The position numbers and the translations under genes were made by a program. This document shows positions 9,822-20,005 of a stretch of 64,000 nucleotides of DNA, piece after piece. How positions within the stretch are numbered: position 1 is the stretch's first letter; the number at the start of each line of letters is the position of its first letter. Source of the DNA: Candidatus Parcubacteria bacterium (GTDB lineage: Bacteria; Patescibacteriota; Minisyncoccia; UBA6257; JAGOQP01); contig AP024682.1 in the NCBI GenBank assembly GCA_025999395.1, forward strand, positions 301,638 to 365,637. The letters run 5' to 3'. Under the pieces are notes generated by a model, which made no database searches, had not been told where the DNA came from, and was given only the letters and a program-made list of their open reading frames with translations.

Positions 9822-10988
9822 ATGAAGTTTATAAGTCAAATTAAAAAAGAAACAATTAAGGGGAAAACAGCTCTTCTTCTCTTGGATTTAAATATCGAAA
9901 AAAGCGAATGGAAAAACTCTCTCCGGCTGGAAAGAGCAATTAGAGCTATTGATTTTCTTTTAAAAAAAGAAGCTCGAGTAGTGGTTTTGTCTTTTAAAGG
10001 AAGGCCGGATTTGAAGTTGGTTAAAAATAAAGATTATCGCGCTTCCTTTAGTCTTTTTTCAATTGCTCAAGAGATCTCGAAAAGATTAAGAACTTCTTTT
10101 GATTTTGTTGATGATTTTAATTTTAAAAATTGGAAGGAAAAAGTTAAAAAGTCATCTCGGTCATTAATTTTTTTGGAGAATTTAAGATTTTTTAAAGAAG
10201 AAAGAGAAAATTCCTTATCTTTTGGAAAACTTTTAGCGAGTTTGGGAGATTTTTATGTAAATGATGCTTTCTCAGTTTGTCATCGCCAACAAGCTTCGAT
10301 AACGAGAATTCCCAAATTTGTGCCTGCTTATGGAGGTATGGGAATGGAGATAGAACTAAATTCTTTAAAAAGAATTTTTCAAAATCCTCTAAGGCCCGTA
10401 ACTTTGATTGTTGGGGGAGCTAAAGTAGATGATAAGATGAGGGTTATAGAAAATCTTTATCCCAAAGTTGATTCTATTCTTTGTGGGGGAGGAGTGGCCA
10501 ATACTTTGCTGTTTTTTCAAAATCTTCCCGTGGGTTCTTCTTTGGTGGAAAAGGATTTATCTTTCAGAGATTTTTATTTTCGGTTTAAAGAGAAAATAGT
10601 TCTTCCGGTTGATTTTCTTTGGGAAAGGGGAGCAATTTTTGATATTGGTCCCAAAACGATAAAGAAATTTTCTTCTATTATTGATGACTCAAAAACAATT
10701 ATTTGGAGTGGACCGATGGGATTTTTTGAAAAGAAAAATTTTGCTGCTGGGACAAAGGCTTTGGTAAAAAAGATTTTGAAAAGCAAAGCTTTTTGTGTAA
10801 TTGGCGGAGAGCAAACCACCTCTGCTTTTTTAAAGTTTTCAAAAACTGCTTCTAAAAAGATTTCTCGAAATCCTTTTTATTTTAGAAAAAATATCTTTTT
10901 ATCCAGTGGGGGAGGAGCAATGCTTTACTATTTATCATCAGAAAAACTTCCGGGTTTAGTGGCTTTAGAAAATTCTTCTCGCCGTTAG
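9822..10988 (+). CDS. pgk: Phosphoglycerate kinase (divergent)
   Basis: LENLRF, YVNDAF..HR, VGGAKVDDK, DIGPKT, WSGPMGFFE and GGGA motifs. Confidence 0.9.
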   Translation: MKFISQIKKETIKGKTALLLLDLNIEKSEWKNSLRLERAIRAIDFLLKKEARVVVLSFKGRPDLKLVKNKDYRASFSLFSIAQEISKRLRTSFDFVDDFNFKNWKEKVKKSSRSLIFLENLRFFKEERENSLSFGKLLASLGDFYVNDAFSVCHRQQASITRIPKFVPAYGGMGMEIELNSLKRIFQNPLRPVTLIVGGAKVDDKMRVIENLYPKVDSILCGGGVANTLLFFQNLPVGSSLVEKDLSFRDFYFRFKEKIVLPVDFLWERGAIFDIGPKTIKKFSSIIDDSKTIIWSGPMGFFEKKNFAAGTKALVKKILKSKAFCVIGGEQTTSAFLKFSKTASKKISRNPFYFRKNIFLSSGGGAMLYYLSSEKLPGLVALENSSRR

Positions 10989-11058
10989 AGTTTTTAGTTT
11001 TTATTTAAGTTCTTATTTAAGTTCTCAATTTTAAAATAAATTTCAAAAATTTAAATCA

Positions 11059-11499
11059 ATGAAAAATTTTTCTTCTGATAAAAAAATCGTAATTTATACC
11101 GATGGTGGCTCGCGGGGGAATCCGGGCCCTTCCGCTTTAGGGGTTTATTTTAAAGATTTCGAAAAGAAGTATTCTTTTTATTTGGGAGAAGGAACTAATA
11201 ATCAAGCAGAGTACAAGGCAATTATATTTGCTTTAAAAAAGGCTAAGCAATTAATAGGAAAAGAAAAAGCCAAAAAAACTTTGGTAGAAATCAGAGCTGA
11301 TAGTCAACTGGTGGTTAATCAACTCAATGGTGTTTTTAAGTTAAAGGAAAAGGAACTCTGGCCTCTTTTCATAGAAATTTGGAATTTAAAGCAAGATTTT
11401 TTGGGTGTTGAATTCAAATTTGTACCTCGTCAGGAAAATAAAGTGGCTGATTTTTTGGTTAATCAGGCTCTAAACATTGAAGCTCAGAAATTATTTTAA
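11059..11499 (+). CDS. rnhA: Ribonuclease HI family
   Basis: YTDGGSRGNPGP, TNNQAEY, DSQLVVNQ and NKVAD motifs. Confidence 0.93.
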   Translation: MKNFSSDKKIVIYTDGGSRGNPGPSALGVYFKDFEKKYSFYLGEGTNNQAEYKAIIFALKKAKQLIGKEKAKKTLVEIRADSQLVVNQLNGVFKLKEKELWPLFIEIWNLKQDFLGVEFKFVPRQENKVADFLVNQALNIEAQKLF

Positions 11500-11551
11500 C
11501 AGTCGATTGATAGTTGACAAAAATTTTATTTAGTTTCAAAATATTTAAAAG

Positions 11552-11916
11552 GTAGAGATAAGCGGGTAGTTGCTCTAATCCTTTTGGATTAGAGAGGAAA
11601 GTCCGGACACCCTACCTTGATTTTTCAAGGTACAAACGCCTCCGCTAACAGCGGACCGCCGAAAGGCGAGAGGTGCGAACAGAGACGTCGAAAACAGCAA
11701 TGTTTTCGACATCCAAAGATTTTTCTTTGGATGAGTCCTGATGGTAACATCAGGGGTGAAACGGCTAAATCCTGGCGGGGTGCAAGACCGTGCCTTTTCT
11801 GCAGTTTTTGCAGAAAAGGAGAGTCGCTTGAGCCTGAGAGCAATCGATGGCCCAGATAAATAACTACCACTCTGATTTTTTCAGAGTACAGAATCCGGCT
11901 TACAGCTTATCTCTAC
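11552..11916 (+). ncRNA. rnpB: RNase P RNA
   Basis: P1 pairing GTAGAGATAAGC...GCTTATCTCTAC; conserved GAGGAAAGTCC and ACAGAATCCGGCTTA. Confidence 0.96.
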
Positions 11917-11978
11917 TTTTTTTATTTTTAAAAGTTGTTTGTTGGTGATTTTTGCTTTATAGTGTATTTTAGAAAAAT

Positions 11979-12410
11979 ATGGGCAAGATTTTTTTAGAGA
12001 AAAAAGAGAAAGATTTTTTCTCTGATTCTTTTTGGAGATTTTTAACTAATTTTTGGACTCTTCTTTTTATGGGGTTTTTAATTTTTGATTTTATTTTTGA
12101 GGGTAAATTTTCTTATTTAGTAGCTGCTTTTTCGGTAATTTATGCCTCTATTTTAAGTGTTTTTGCTGGGACCAAAGAATTTCGTCGCTGGCAAAACGCC
12201 TATCAATCAAAAAATCATCCGGGAGAAATTTTTGTTTTTGTTTGGACGCTAGTTTTAGTATTTTTACTTTTAGCTCCTTGGATTTTTAAGAAGAACTATC
12301 AAATCTCTTCTGAAGTTGTTTCTGTTTATATTATGGTTTTAACGATTTTCGCTTTAACTCAAGGTTCTAAAAAAATTTATTCTCGACAAAAAAACACTCT
12401 TTCGGATTAA
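11979..12410 (+). CDS. Hypothetical membrane protein
   Basis: 143-aa ORF with about four hydrophobic helices. Confidence 0.7.
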   Translation: MGKIFLEKKEKDFFSDSFWRFLTNFWTLLFMGFLIFDFIFEGKFSYLVAAFSVIYASILSVFAGTKEFRRWQNAYQSKNHPGEIFVFVWTLVLVFLLLAPWIFKKNYQISSEVVSVYIMVLTIFALTQGSKKIYSRQKNTLSD

Positions 12411-12537
12411 GCTTCCAAGATTTTAAGAGTTCTTAATCTTAATTTTTGATTAGAAACCAGAAAGTTATTGGTTTTTGATTGCTTGTATGTTAAAATGAAA
12501 GTATAGCTTTCAATTTGTTTTGAAAAGATTAAAAAAG

Positions 12538-12570
12538 AAAATCCGCCTTCAAAGACGGATTTCCTTTTTT
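12538..12570. terminator. Intrinsic terminator-like hairpin between convergent genes
   Basis: AAATCCG-CCTTCAAAGA-CGGATTT with A/T tracts on both sides. Confidence 0.55.
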
Positions 12571-13195
12571 ATGAATTAGAGGGGCTAGAAGAAACACCTC
12601 TTTTCTTTCTTAAGAGAAAGAAATAAATTCCCCCAGCTATTAGAAGAACGGCTATTCCGCTACTGATAAACAAAGTGAGGCGATTATTTTTAAATGATTT
12701 TATTAACCCCAAGGCTGCTAATTTTTCGGCAAAGGCGGATGTTTTTGAATTTTCTTCTTGAGAAGACGGTGTTGCTGAGGTAACAGCGGAAAGTTCTTGA
12801 GAAAGTTCTTGGGGTGGGAGAATCGGAGCTTGAGCGGCTAATTCTTCCTGAGACTCAGAAGAAAGGCTAAGATTTTTTAAAGAATAATCAATAGAAACCA
12901 GAGTGGTTTCAATTTTTTCCAAGTGATTATTGAAAACACTCTTTTTCTCTAAAACTACTTTGTCTTGATTGTTTAGTTTGGTCTGCAGTTGCTGAAGAAT
13001 AACCTCTAATCTATCTAATCCTTCTTTTAATCTGGTAGCATCTTGCGGACCGAGAGCATCAGTCGATATCTGAGAGGGGTTAGCTTGAGGAGAATTTATT
13101 TCTTGAGCTTGGACAAAACTGCTTTCTTTTATTAATCCTATTCCTGTCAATAGGAAAATCACCCACAATATTTTTTTTGTCATATTTGACTCCAT
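12569..13195 (-). CDS. Hypothetical secreted/membrane-anchored coiled-coil protein
   Basis: Signal-like N-terminus (..VQAQE), coiled coil, C-terminal TM helix followed by a basic tail. Confidence 0.7.
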   Translation of the reverse strand: MESNMTKKILWVIFLLTGIGLIKESSFVQAQEINSPQANPSQISTDALGPQDATRLKEGLDRLEVILQQLQTKLNNQDKVVLEKKSVFNNHLEKIETTLVSIDYSLKNLSLSSESQEELAAQAPILPPQELSQELSAVTSATPSSQEENSKTSAFAEKLAALGLIKSFKNNRLTLFISSGIAVLLIAGGIYFFLLRKKRGVSSSPSNS

Positions 13196-13403
13196 TTTAC
13201 TGATAAAAATAAGAATCTTAGTTTAAAATGCTTTTAGTAAATGGAGTGCTTTTGTAGAGTGCTAATTTTATAAGAAGTTTTGTAAAAGGTGCTAAAAATA
13301 GCATACAACAAGATTTTTAAATGTAAATAAGGTTTGTTTTTTGCTTTTTTTGAGTTAAAATAAAAAAGATTTAGAAATTAACGCTTTAAAATTTAATTTA
13401 AAA

Positions 13404-14849
13404 ATGGCTAAAAAAAGGATTCAGGAAGGCCTCACCTTTGATGATGTTTTACTTAAGCCTCAATATTCTCAAGTTGATTCTCGTCGTCAAGTTAGTCTAA
13501 AAACAAAAATTTCCCCTCATATCACCCTCAATCTTCCTATCATTTCCGCTAATATGGACACGGTTACTGAATCGGCGATGGCGATTGCAATGGCAAGGGC
13601 GGGAGGATTAGGAATTATTCATCGGTTTTTACCGATTGAAAAGGAGGTGGAAGAAGTTCAAAAAGTTAAAAGAGCGGAAAATTTTGTTGTTGAGGAACCT
13701 TTTGTGGTAGAACCAAACTTTACCTTAAGAAAAGTGAAAGAATTATCGAAAAAGCACGATGTTCAAACTTTTGTAGTAGTTAATAAGGAAAGAAAAGTTT
13801 TGGGAATTTTAACTAAAAGAGATTATTTGTTTGAAAAAGACGAAACTAAATTAGTTAAGGAACTAATGACTCCTCGTTCTCGTTTGATTGTGGCTGATAG
13901 GGGAACTTCTTTAGAAAAAGCTCAGGAAATTTTTAAGAAAAATAAAGTTGAGAAATTGCCGCTGGTGGATAAAAATGATCGCTTACTGGGCTTAATTACC
14001 GCTAAAGATATTTTAAATCATCTTAATTCTTTAGCGGTGAGGGATAAAAAGGGAAGGCTAATGGTAGGAGCGGCAGTAGGGATTAAAGATGACTATTTAG
14101 AAAGAGCTCAAGAGTTAGTAAAAGCAGAAGTGGACTTATTGGTAGTAGATGTAGCTCATGGTCATTTAGATGCTTGCTTGAAGGCAGTTCAAACTCTTAA
14201 AAAAAGATTCCCTCACATTGATTTAATGGCAGGCAATGTGGCTACTAAAGAAGGAGCGCTTGATTTAAAAAGAGCCGGCGCTGATTCGATTAAAGTAGGA
14301 GTAGGCGGTGGCAGTGTTTGTTTGACAAGAATAAAAACTGGTGCTGGTGTTCCTCAATTGAGCGCTGTTTTTGAGACAAAAAAGGGAGCCGGAGAAACTC
14401 CTATTATTTCCGATGGCGGAATTAGAAATTCGGGAGATATTGTAAAAGCATTAGCAGCGGGAGCCAGCGCGGTGATGGTAGGAATGCTTTTGGCGGGTAC
14501 CGATGAATCTCCTGGAGAAGTAATCAACTGGAATGACAAGCGAGTTAAAATTTATCGGGGAATGGCTTCTTTTGGAGCTAAGATGGAAAGAGAAGCCAAG
14601 ATTAAAAGATCTTCTGGTGAGAATTTTTCAATGACTGATTTTGTTTCTGAGGGAGCAGATCAGGTTTTTATCCCTTATCGAGGAAGAGTAGAAGAAATTC
14701 TTTCTCAATTAGCCGGCGGAATTCGCTCGGGTTTTAGTTATTGCGGAGCAAAAGACTTAAAAGAACTTTGGCAGAAAGCGGAGTTTATTAAAATCACCGG
14801 TGCTGGTTTAAGAGAAAGTGGTCTTCACGATGTTTTTCTTGCTAATTAG
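13404..14849 (+). CDS. guaB: IMP dehydrogenase
   Basis: [20 protein letters not shown] pair, [13 protein letters not shown] and YRGMAS motifs. Confidence 0.96.
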   Translation: MAKKRIQEGLTFDDVLLKPQYSQVDSRRQVSLKTKISPHITLNLPIISANMDTVTESAMAIAMARAGGLGIIHRFLPIEKEVEEVQKVKRAENFVVEEPFVVEPNFTLRKVKELSKKHDVQTFVVVNKERKVLGILTKRDYLFEKDETKLVKELMTPRSRLIVADRGTSLEKAQEIFKKNKVEKLPLVDKNDRLLGLITAKDILNHLNSLAVRDKKGRLMVGAAVGIKDDYLERAQELVKAEVDLLVVDVAHGHLDACLKAVQTLKKRFPHIDLMAGNVATKEGALDLKRAGADSIKVGVGGGSVCLTRIKTGAGVPQLSAVFETKKGAGETPIISDGGIRNSGDIVKALAAGASAVMVGMLLAGTDESPGEVINWNDKRVKIYRGMASFGAKMEREAKIKRSSGENFSMTDFVSEGADQVFIPYRGRVEEILSQLAGGIRSGFSYCGAKDLKELWQKAEFIKITGAGLRESGLHDVFLAN

Positions 14850-14876
14850 TGAGCTTTAATTTTTTAAGGTTTATCA

Positions 14877-15599
14877 ATGAAGACAAGAAGATTTTTTCTT
14901 CCTTTTTCATTATCGGGAAAGAAAGAGTTGTTAGTAGCTGATTGGCCAACCTTTAATCGATTAAAGAATGTTTTAAGAATTGAACCGGGAGAGGAAATTA
15001 ATGTTTTTAATTCTCGGGAAGGAGAATACAGGGCAAGAGTAAATCTGTTATCAAAAGAAAAGATAGTTTTGGAAATCTTGGAAAAAAAAGAAAACAAGAG
15101 CGAGCCGGAAATAAAGGTTAATCTTTTTCAGTCAGTGATAAAGAAAGATAAGTTTGAATGGGTGGTAGAAAAATCAACTGAAGCCGGCGTTTCTTCGATT
15201 ACTCCAATTATTACTCAAAGAACTGTTAAAACTAACCTTAACTTTGAAAGATTAAAAAAAATTGCTCAAGAAGCCACCGAGCAATCGGGTAGAATTTTAG
15301 TTCCTCAAATAAATGAAATTTTAGATTTTGAGGATTTAATGAAGAAGAAAAGTTTATCTTTAAAAAACAATTCTTTTTCTTTTCTTTTGGATTTTTCTGG
15401 TAAGCCGATAAGAGAGGTAATTTCTAAGATTAAAAAATTTGAAGAAGTTAATTTTTTTGTTGGTCCAGAGGGAGGATTTAGCGAGGAAGAAATTGATTTG
15501 GCAAAAAACGAAGGAGTGGAGATCTTAAGTTTTGGTCCGAGAATTTTTAGAAGTGAAACAATAGGAGCAGTGGTAACTGCTTTTATTTTAAATGTTTAG
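14877..15599 (+). CDS. rsmE: 16S rRNA m3U1498 methyltransferase
   Basis: EKSTEAGV, EATEQSGR, VGPEGGFS and GPRIFRSET motifs. Confidence 0.95.
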   Translation: MKTRRFFLPFSLSGKKELLVADWPTFNRLKNVLRIEPGEEINVFNSREGEYRARVNLLSKEKIVLEILEKKENKSEPEIKVNLFQSVIKKDKFEWVVEKSTEAGVSSITPIITQRTVKTNLNFERLKKIAQEATEQSGRILVPQINEILDFEDLMKKKSLSLKNNSFSFLLDFSGKPIREVISKIKKFEEVNFFVGPEGGFSEEEIDLAKNEGVEILSFGPRIFRSETIGAVVTAFILNV

Positions 15600-15616
15600 T
15601 ATTTTTTAAAAATTCT

Positions 15617-17107
15617 TTAAGTACCTGATTTACTTTCCAAGTTTTTTTTATTTATTTTTTCTAACTTAGATATTAATAGTTCAATAGCGCTCTTTGGAAA
15701 AAAGTTTTTTATTTTCCCTTTTTCAAAAAAAAGATCTTTTTTTCTTATATTTTGCCAAAAGATGGGTATTGAATATGAAGCTATTTCTTTTGTTTCATAA
15801 CTAATAATTTTTTCTAGATTTTCATTACTTATAAGATGGTTTTTTTTGCTATTTTCTCGAAGTATTTTTTTTATTTTTCTTTTAAATTTATTTAACTGCA
15901 AATTAAATGGTTGGATAAGATTTTGTTCGATAAGGGTATAGAGTGAAGTTCTTCTTACTATTACTCTTGTAAGAGTATCTTGATAGGAATCTATAATCTT
16001 GTAAATTTTTTCCTTGTTTTTTTCTATCCAAAGATAAGAATCTTTAAATCCTTTTATCATCTCGTTTTTAAAACTTTCTGGTTTCCATAATTTTCTATTT
16101 TTTTTAAAGATTCTGTTTTCTAATTTTATTTTACTGTAAGTTCTGTATTTTATTCTCATGAGATCAGTATTTTTAAATAGGATTATTGGATTTGCCAGAC
16201 TTATTATTTTCTTGTTTCCACCAAAAATAGCACTTGTTAACTGTTTACTTTTTCTTTTTTCGATTATTCCGGTAGATTCTAAGCTGTTTTCTATTTTTTT
16301 GTTTTTGTAGAAAGAAAAATTTGTGAATAAACTTTCAAAATCTAAAATGATTGGCTTTTCTTTGGAAGCGATTAAATTTTCCATATGGAAATCAGATCCA
16401 TTAAGTGAGTAAATCAAAGCTAAAATCTGCCCCAGTTGATAATAAAATTTTTTTGCTTGAAGAAAAGAAATGTTTTTATTTTTTGTTTGAATAAATTCTG
16501 AATACCACCCATCTTTTGTTTCTAAACTTTTAGGTATTTTAATTTGGATCTCGTTTTCTTTGTTGAATCTATTTATTATTTCAATAAAACTTTTTGCTTT
16601 TGAAAATTGATGCGGATTATATTTGATTATTTTTTGATTATCGAGAATGAAAAAAATTACTCTTCTCCCTTTTGTGTGTCTATCTGATTGGGTGGGTATT
16701 TTTATATATTTTATTTTTTTGAATTTTACTTTGAAAAAGTCGGAAATTAAATTTTTGTTGTTTAAAAATTTTTCTAACGAATCAAATAAAAAAAGAACGT
16801 CTTCTTCAAGAATTTTTTTTATTAATTTATAAAGTGAGGGAAAATTTTTTAAAAAGGTTTCTTTTTTTGAGAAGATAAAATTCTTAAATCTCTCCCTTGT
16901 ATTTTTTCCTAATATCGAACCTTTCGATTTATCTAAATAAAGTTGCCAACAGAGAGTAGGTAAAATAATTTTTTCTACTTCGTTATTCAGATATTTTTTT
17001 ATTTCTTTGTTGAAAAGATCTTGATTTTCGATTATTCCTCTGAGTAAGACCGAAAAGTGTTTATTAATTATTTTCTGTATCAATTCTTGGTAAAGAATTT
17101 TTATCAT
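15617..17107 (-). CDS. Stand-alone LanM N-terminal dehydratase/kinase domain (DUF4135-like), no LanC cyclase
   Basis: SDRHTKGRRV, DFHMENLIA..PIILDFESLF and RVIVRRTSLY motifs of the class II LanM dehydratase; the protein ends at about the domain boundary. Confidence 0.85.
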   Translation of the reverse strand: MIKILYQELIQKIINKHFSVLLRGIIENQDLFNKEIKKYLNNEVEKIILPTLCWQLYLDKSKGSILGKNTRERFKNFIFSKKETFLKNFPSLYKLIKKILEEDVLFLFDSLEKFLNNKNLISDFFKVKFKKIKYIKIPTQSDRHTKGRRVIFFILDNQKIIKYNPHQFSKAKSFIEIINRFNKENEIQIKIPKSLETKDGWYSEFIQTKNKNISFLQAKKFYYQLGQILALIYSLNGSDFHMENLIASKEKPIILDFESLFTNFSFYKNKKIENSLESTGIIEKRKSKQLTSAIFGGNKKIISLANPIILFKNTDLMRIKYRTYSKIKLENRIFKKNRKLWKPESFKNEMIKGFKDSYLWIEKNKEKIYKIIDSYQDTLTRVIVRRTSLYTLIEQNLIQPFNLQLNKFKRKIKKILRENSKKNHLISNENLEKIISYETKEIASYSIPIFWQNIRKKDLFFEKGKIKNFFPKSAIELLISKLEKINKKNLESKSGT

Positions 17108-17131
17108 TTCTTAATCTTTTTGTTGGATTTT

Positions 17132-17296
17132 TTAACTGCAGGTTCCTGTACCACAACATTTGGTTGAGCTAAACGATCCTATTTCTTTCAGGATTTTTTT
17201 ACTGTTTATGTTTATTTGATCAAATCCGGTTGGATGATATCCTTGGAATTTTTTTCCTTTCTTCCAAACTTTAATTGCTTTTTTTATTTTTTTCAT
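17132..17296 (-). CDS. Putative RiPP precursor peptide, 54 aa, not in the ORF track
   Basis: Read by hand: MKKIKKAIKVWKKGKKFQGYHPTGFDQININSKKILKEIGS-FSSTKCCGTGTCS; ends 24 bp upstream of the LanM-domain start codon, same strand. Confidence 0.8.
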   Translation of the reverse strand: MKKIKKAIKVWKKGKKFQGYHPTGFDQININSKKILKEIGSFSSTKCCGTGTCS

Positions 17297-17379
17297 TTTG
17301 TTAGAATTGTTAGTGATAAACTATAATTGCAAACTAAATACAAATCTCTGATGATTTTAGTAGTCTTACTGAATTTAGT

Positions 17380-17871
17380 ATGCCAAAAATTTCTAAAATT
17401 TCAAGTTGCTTGAGATTGGTGAAATTAAAAAAAACTATTGTTGATAACAAAAACGACTTAGAGAAATTGGTTAACTTTGTTTATTCTTATTTTACTAAAA
17501 TAGAGAAAAAGAAAATATCTTTAGAAAGGATAAAGGACGGAATTTTAAAAAATTTAAAGAATCATCGTCACGTTTATTTTTTTATTCTTTGGGATAATTA
17601 CCCAATAGGAATGCTTCATCTTTTTTTAGGCGAAAAGTTTACAGATTTGTGCTTAATTTATCTTGAAAAAGAATTTAGAAGAAAGGGTTTAGGATCTTTT
17701 GTTTTTAATCTTTTAAAGAATTTTCTTGAAGAAAATAGATTAACTAAGAAGCCTTTGTGCATTGAAATAAACAAAAATAACAAAGCTTCTCAAAGGTTTT
17801 TTTCTAAAATGGGGGCAAAATTAGAGAGCGTGATTTACTTTTATCAGCTTTCTTCTAAAAATAACATTTAG
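17380..17871 (+). CDS. GNAT family acetyltransferase
   Basis: IYLEKEFRRKGLGS acetyl-CoA motif; NKASQRFFSKMG. Confidence 0.85.
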   Translation: MPKISKISSCLRLVKLKKTIVDNKNDLEKLVNFVYSYFTKIEKKKISLERIKDGILKNLKNHRHVYFFILWDNYPIGMLHLFLGEKFTDLCLIYLEKEFRRKGLGSFVFNLLKNFLEENRLTKKPLCIEINKNNKASQRFFSKMGAKLESVIYFYQLSSKNNI

Positions 17872-17972
17872 ATACCTTTTGGTTATTAGTTGCCATTAGC
17901 TGCTGGCTATCAATTGAATAACTTAAAAAATTACTCTTTGTGTTTGTGGAAGGTAGAAAATGTACTAATTAG

Positions 17973-18043
17973 CTGCGGGGCTAGGATTCGAACCTAGATA
18001 CCAGCGTCCAGAGCGCTGTGTCCTACCATTAGACGACCCCGCA
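17973..18043 (-). tRNA. tRNA-Gln(CTG)
   Basis: TGCGGGG..CAGCG-CTCTGGA-CGCTG..GGTTCGAATCC..GCCCCGCA cloverleaf. Confidence 0.95.
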
Positions 18044-18128
18044 ATTTTTATTTGTTTATCTTATAATCATTTTTTTTGAATTGCAAATTTCTTGGTTTTC
18101 TAAATTTTTGTTATAATCTTACTTGCTT

Positions 18129-19529
18129 ATGAAAGATAGCTTTCCTGAATTAGAAAAGAGAGAACTACCTTCCCCTTTATCTTGGAAAAAAGCGTTAGGG
18201 GTAGGGGTGGTAGTAATGGGAATGGCGGTAGGCACAGGAGAAATAATTCTCTGGCCTCATTTGGTCACAAAACATGGCTTAAACATTCTTTGGATGGCTC
18301 TTTTGGGGATTACTTCTCAATATTTTATCAACAAAGAGGTGGCTCGTTACACTTTAGCAACGGGGGAAAGTTTTTTTACTGCCTCGGCAAGAGTTTTTAA
18401 ATGGCTTGTTCCTTTTTGGTTTTTTTCGGCGATTATTCTTTACATTTGGCCGGGTTGGGCGGCAGCGTTAGGAACAATCTTAAAAGAACTTTTTAATTTT
18501 GGAAGTTATTACTTTTGGTCGCTGATTGTTTTGGGTTTAGTGCTTTTGATTACTTTTTTGGGAAGAGTAGCTTACAATGTTTTGGAAAAAAGCTTAAAAA
18601 TTGTTGTTCCCACCTTTATTTTAATGCTTTTGGTGATTAGCTTTTTTAACTTAAACTGGTCTCTTTTAATGGAAGCCTTAAGAGGCCTTTTTAGTTTTGG
18701 AAGTTTTCCTAAAGAGATTGATATCAATGTTTTGCTGGGAGCTATTGTTTTTACCGGTGCGGGAGGAATGTTGAATCTCTGCGTTTCTTTGTGGTATCGA
18801 GACAAACAATTAGGAATGTGTGCTTACGGAGAAAAAATTACCAATCCGATTTCCGGGAAAACCACTTCTTCTTTGACGAAGGGTTATATTTTTGAAACTA
18901 ATCCTCAAAATTTAGAAAAATGGAGGGGGTGGATGAAGTATGTAAAAGTGGATCAGGGAATTATCTTTTGGCTAACAGGACTGATTGCGCTTTTTCTTTT
19001 GGTGGTCAATGCTTATGCAGTTTTAAAACCGCAAGGAATAGTACCAGAAGGTCTTCAATTGGCGGTGGTTCAAGCTCATATTTTTGGGCAGAAACTAGGA
19101 AAGTTTGGCTTCGATTTGTTTTTAATAATGACTTTTTTGATGCTTTTTTCGGTAATGTGGACAGTGATCGATGCTTTAACTCGGATTATTAGTGATATTC
19201 TTTATACTAATTCCCGAATCGGCCCTTTTTCTCGTTTTTTGAAATTTTTTAGCAATATTCCGCTAAATTTTTTCTACTATGGAATTATTGTTTTGATAGT
19301 AATTGCGGGAGCTCTCTTAATCCCTCTAAAACAACCTTTGGCTTTTTTGGTTCTTTCTGGAGCCTTGGGAGGACTTTCAATGGCGATTTATACACCTCTT
19401 TTGATTTATATTAACAATCGTCTTTTGCCTAAAGAAATTAGACCAGATTGGAAAACTAATTTGGTAATGACAATCATCTCTATTTTTTATATAATCTTTT
19501 CACTAAGAATTATCGAAAGCTATTTTTAG
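18129..19529 (+). CDS. Nramp/APC-superfamily-like membrane transporter
   Basis: About 11 TM helices; GMAVGTGEIILWP and RYTLATGE motifs. Confidence 0.75.
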   Translation: MKDSFPELEKRELPSPLSWKKALGVGVVVMGMAVGTGEIILWPHLVTKHGLNILWMALLGITSQYFINKEVARYTLATGESFFTASARVFKWLVPFWFFSAIILYIWPGWAAALGTILKELFNFGSYYFWSLIVLGLVLLITFLGRVAYNVLEKSLKIVVPTFILMLLVISFFNLNWSLLMEALRGLFSFGSFPKEIDINVLLGAIVFTGAGGMLNLCVSLWYRDKQLGMCAYGEKITNPISGKTTSSLTKGYIFETNPQNLEKWRGWMKYVKVDQGIIFWLTGLIALFLLVVNAYAVLKPQGIVPEGLQLAVVQAHIFGQKLGKFGFDLFLIMTFLMLFSVMWTVIDALTRIISDILYTNSRIGPFSRFLKFFSNIPLNFFYYGIIVLIVIAGALLIPLKQPLAFLVLSGALGGLSMAIYTPLLIYINNRLLPKEIRPDWKTNLVMTIISIFYIIFSLRIIESYF

Positions 19530-19588
19530 GTAAATCTTTAAAGGTCGTCCCTTGTCCTTTTATTAAAAAGTAAATTAATAAGAACAGT

Positions 19589-19984
19589 ATGAGTCTAATA
19601 GATTTCCTTTTTGTTTTGGGAAGGATTATTTACGGCGGCTTTTTTATCTATAACGGCATTGCTCACTTTGTTAATCGCAAAGAATTGGTTAATTACGCTT
19701 CCTTTAAGAAAGTAATAGCTCCTAACCTTGCTGTTTTGGTTACAGGTTTGCTTTTGATTTTGGGTGGAGTAGGCATAATCACTGGCGCTTATATTGTTTG
19801 GGCCGTTATTTTTCTTTCTCTTTTTCTTTTCTTTGTTTCTTTAAAGATGCATAACTTCTGGAAAGCTACTAGTCCTGAGGAAAAGATGAGAGAAAAAGTT
19901 AATTTCTTTAAAAACATGGCTCTTTGGGGAGCAGCATTGATGTTACTTTCAATTCCTACTCCTTGGCCGTATTCTTTGTTCTGA
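19589..19984 (+). CDS. DoxX family membrane protein
   Basis: LGRII.GGFF..NG..HF, MHNFW and NFFKNMAL motifs. Confidence 0.88.
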   Translation: MSLIDFLFVLGRIIYGGFFIYNGIAHFVNRKELVNYASFKKVIAPNLAVLVTGLLLILGGVGIITGAYIVWAVIFLSLFLFFVSLKMHNFWKATSPEEKMREKVNFFKNMALWGAALMLLSIPTPWPYSLF

Positions 19985-20005
19985 TTATTAATTAGTTAAA
20001 AATTT

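Noticed and set aside
11617-11870. Two ~80-aa ORFs
   Set aside because: They lie within the RNase P RNA gene.
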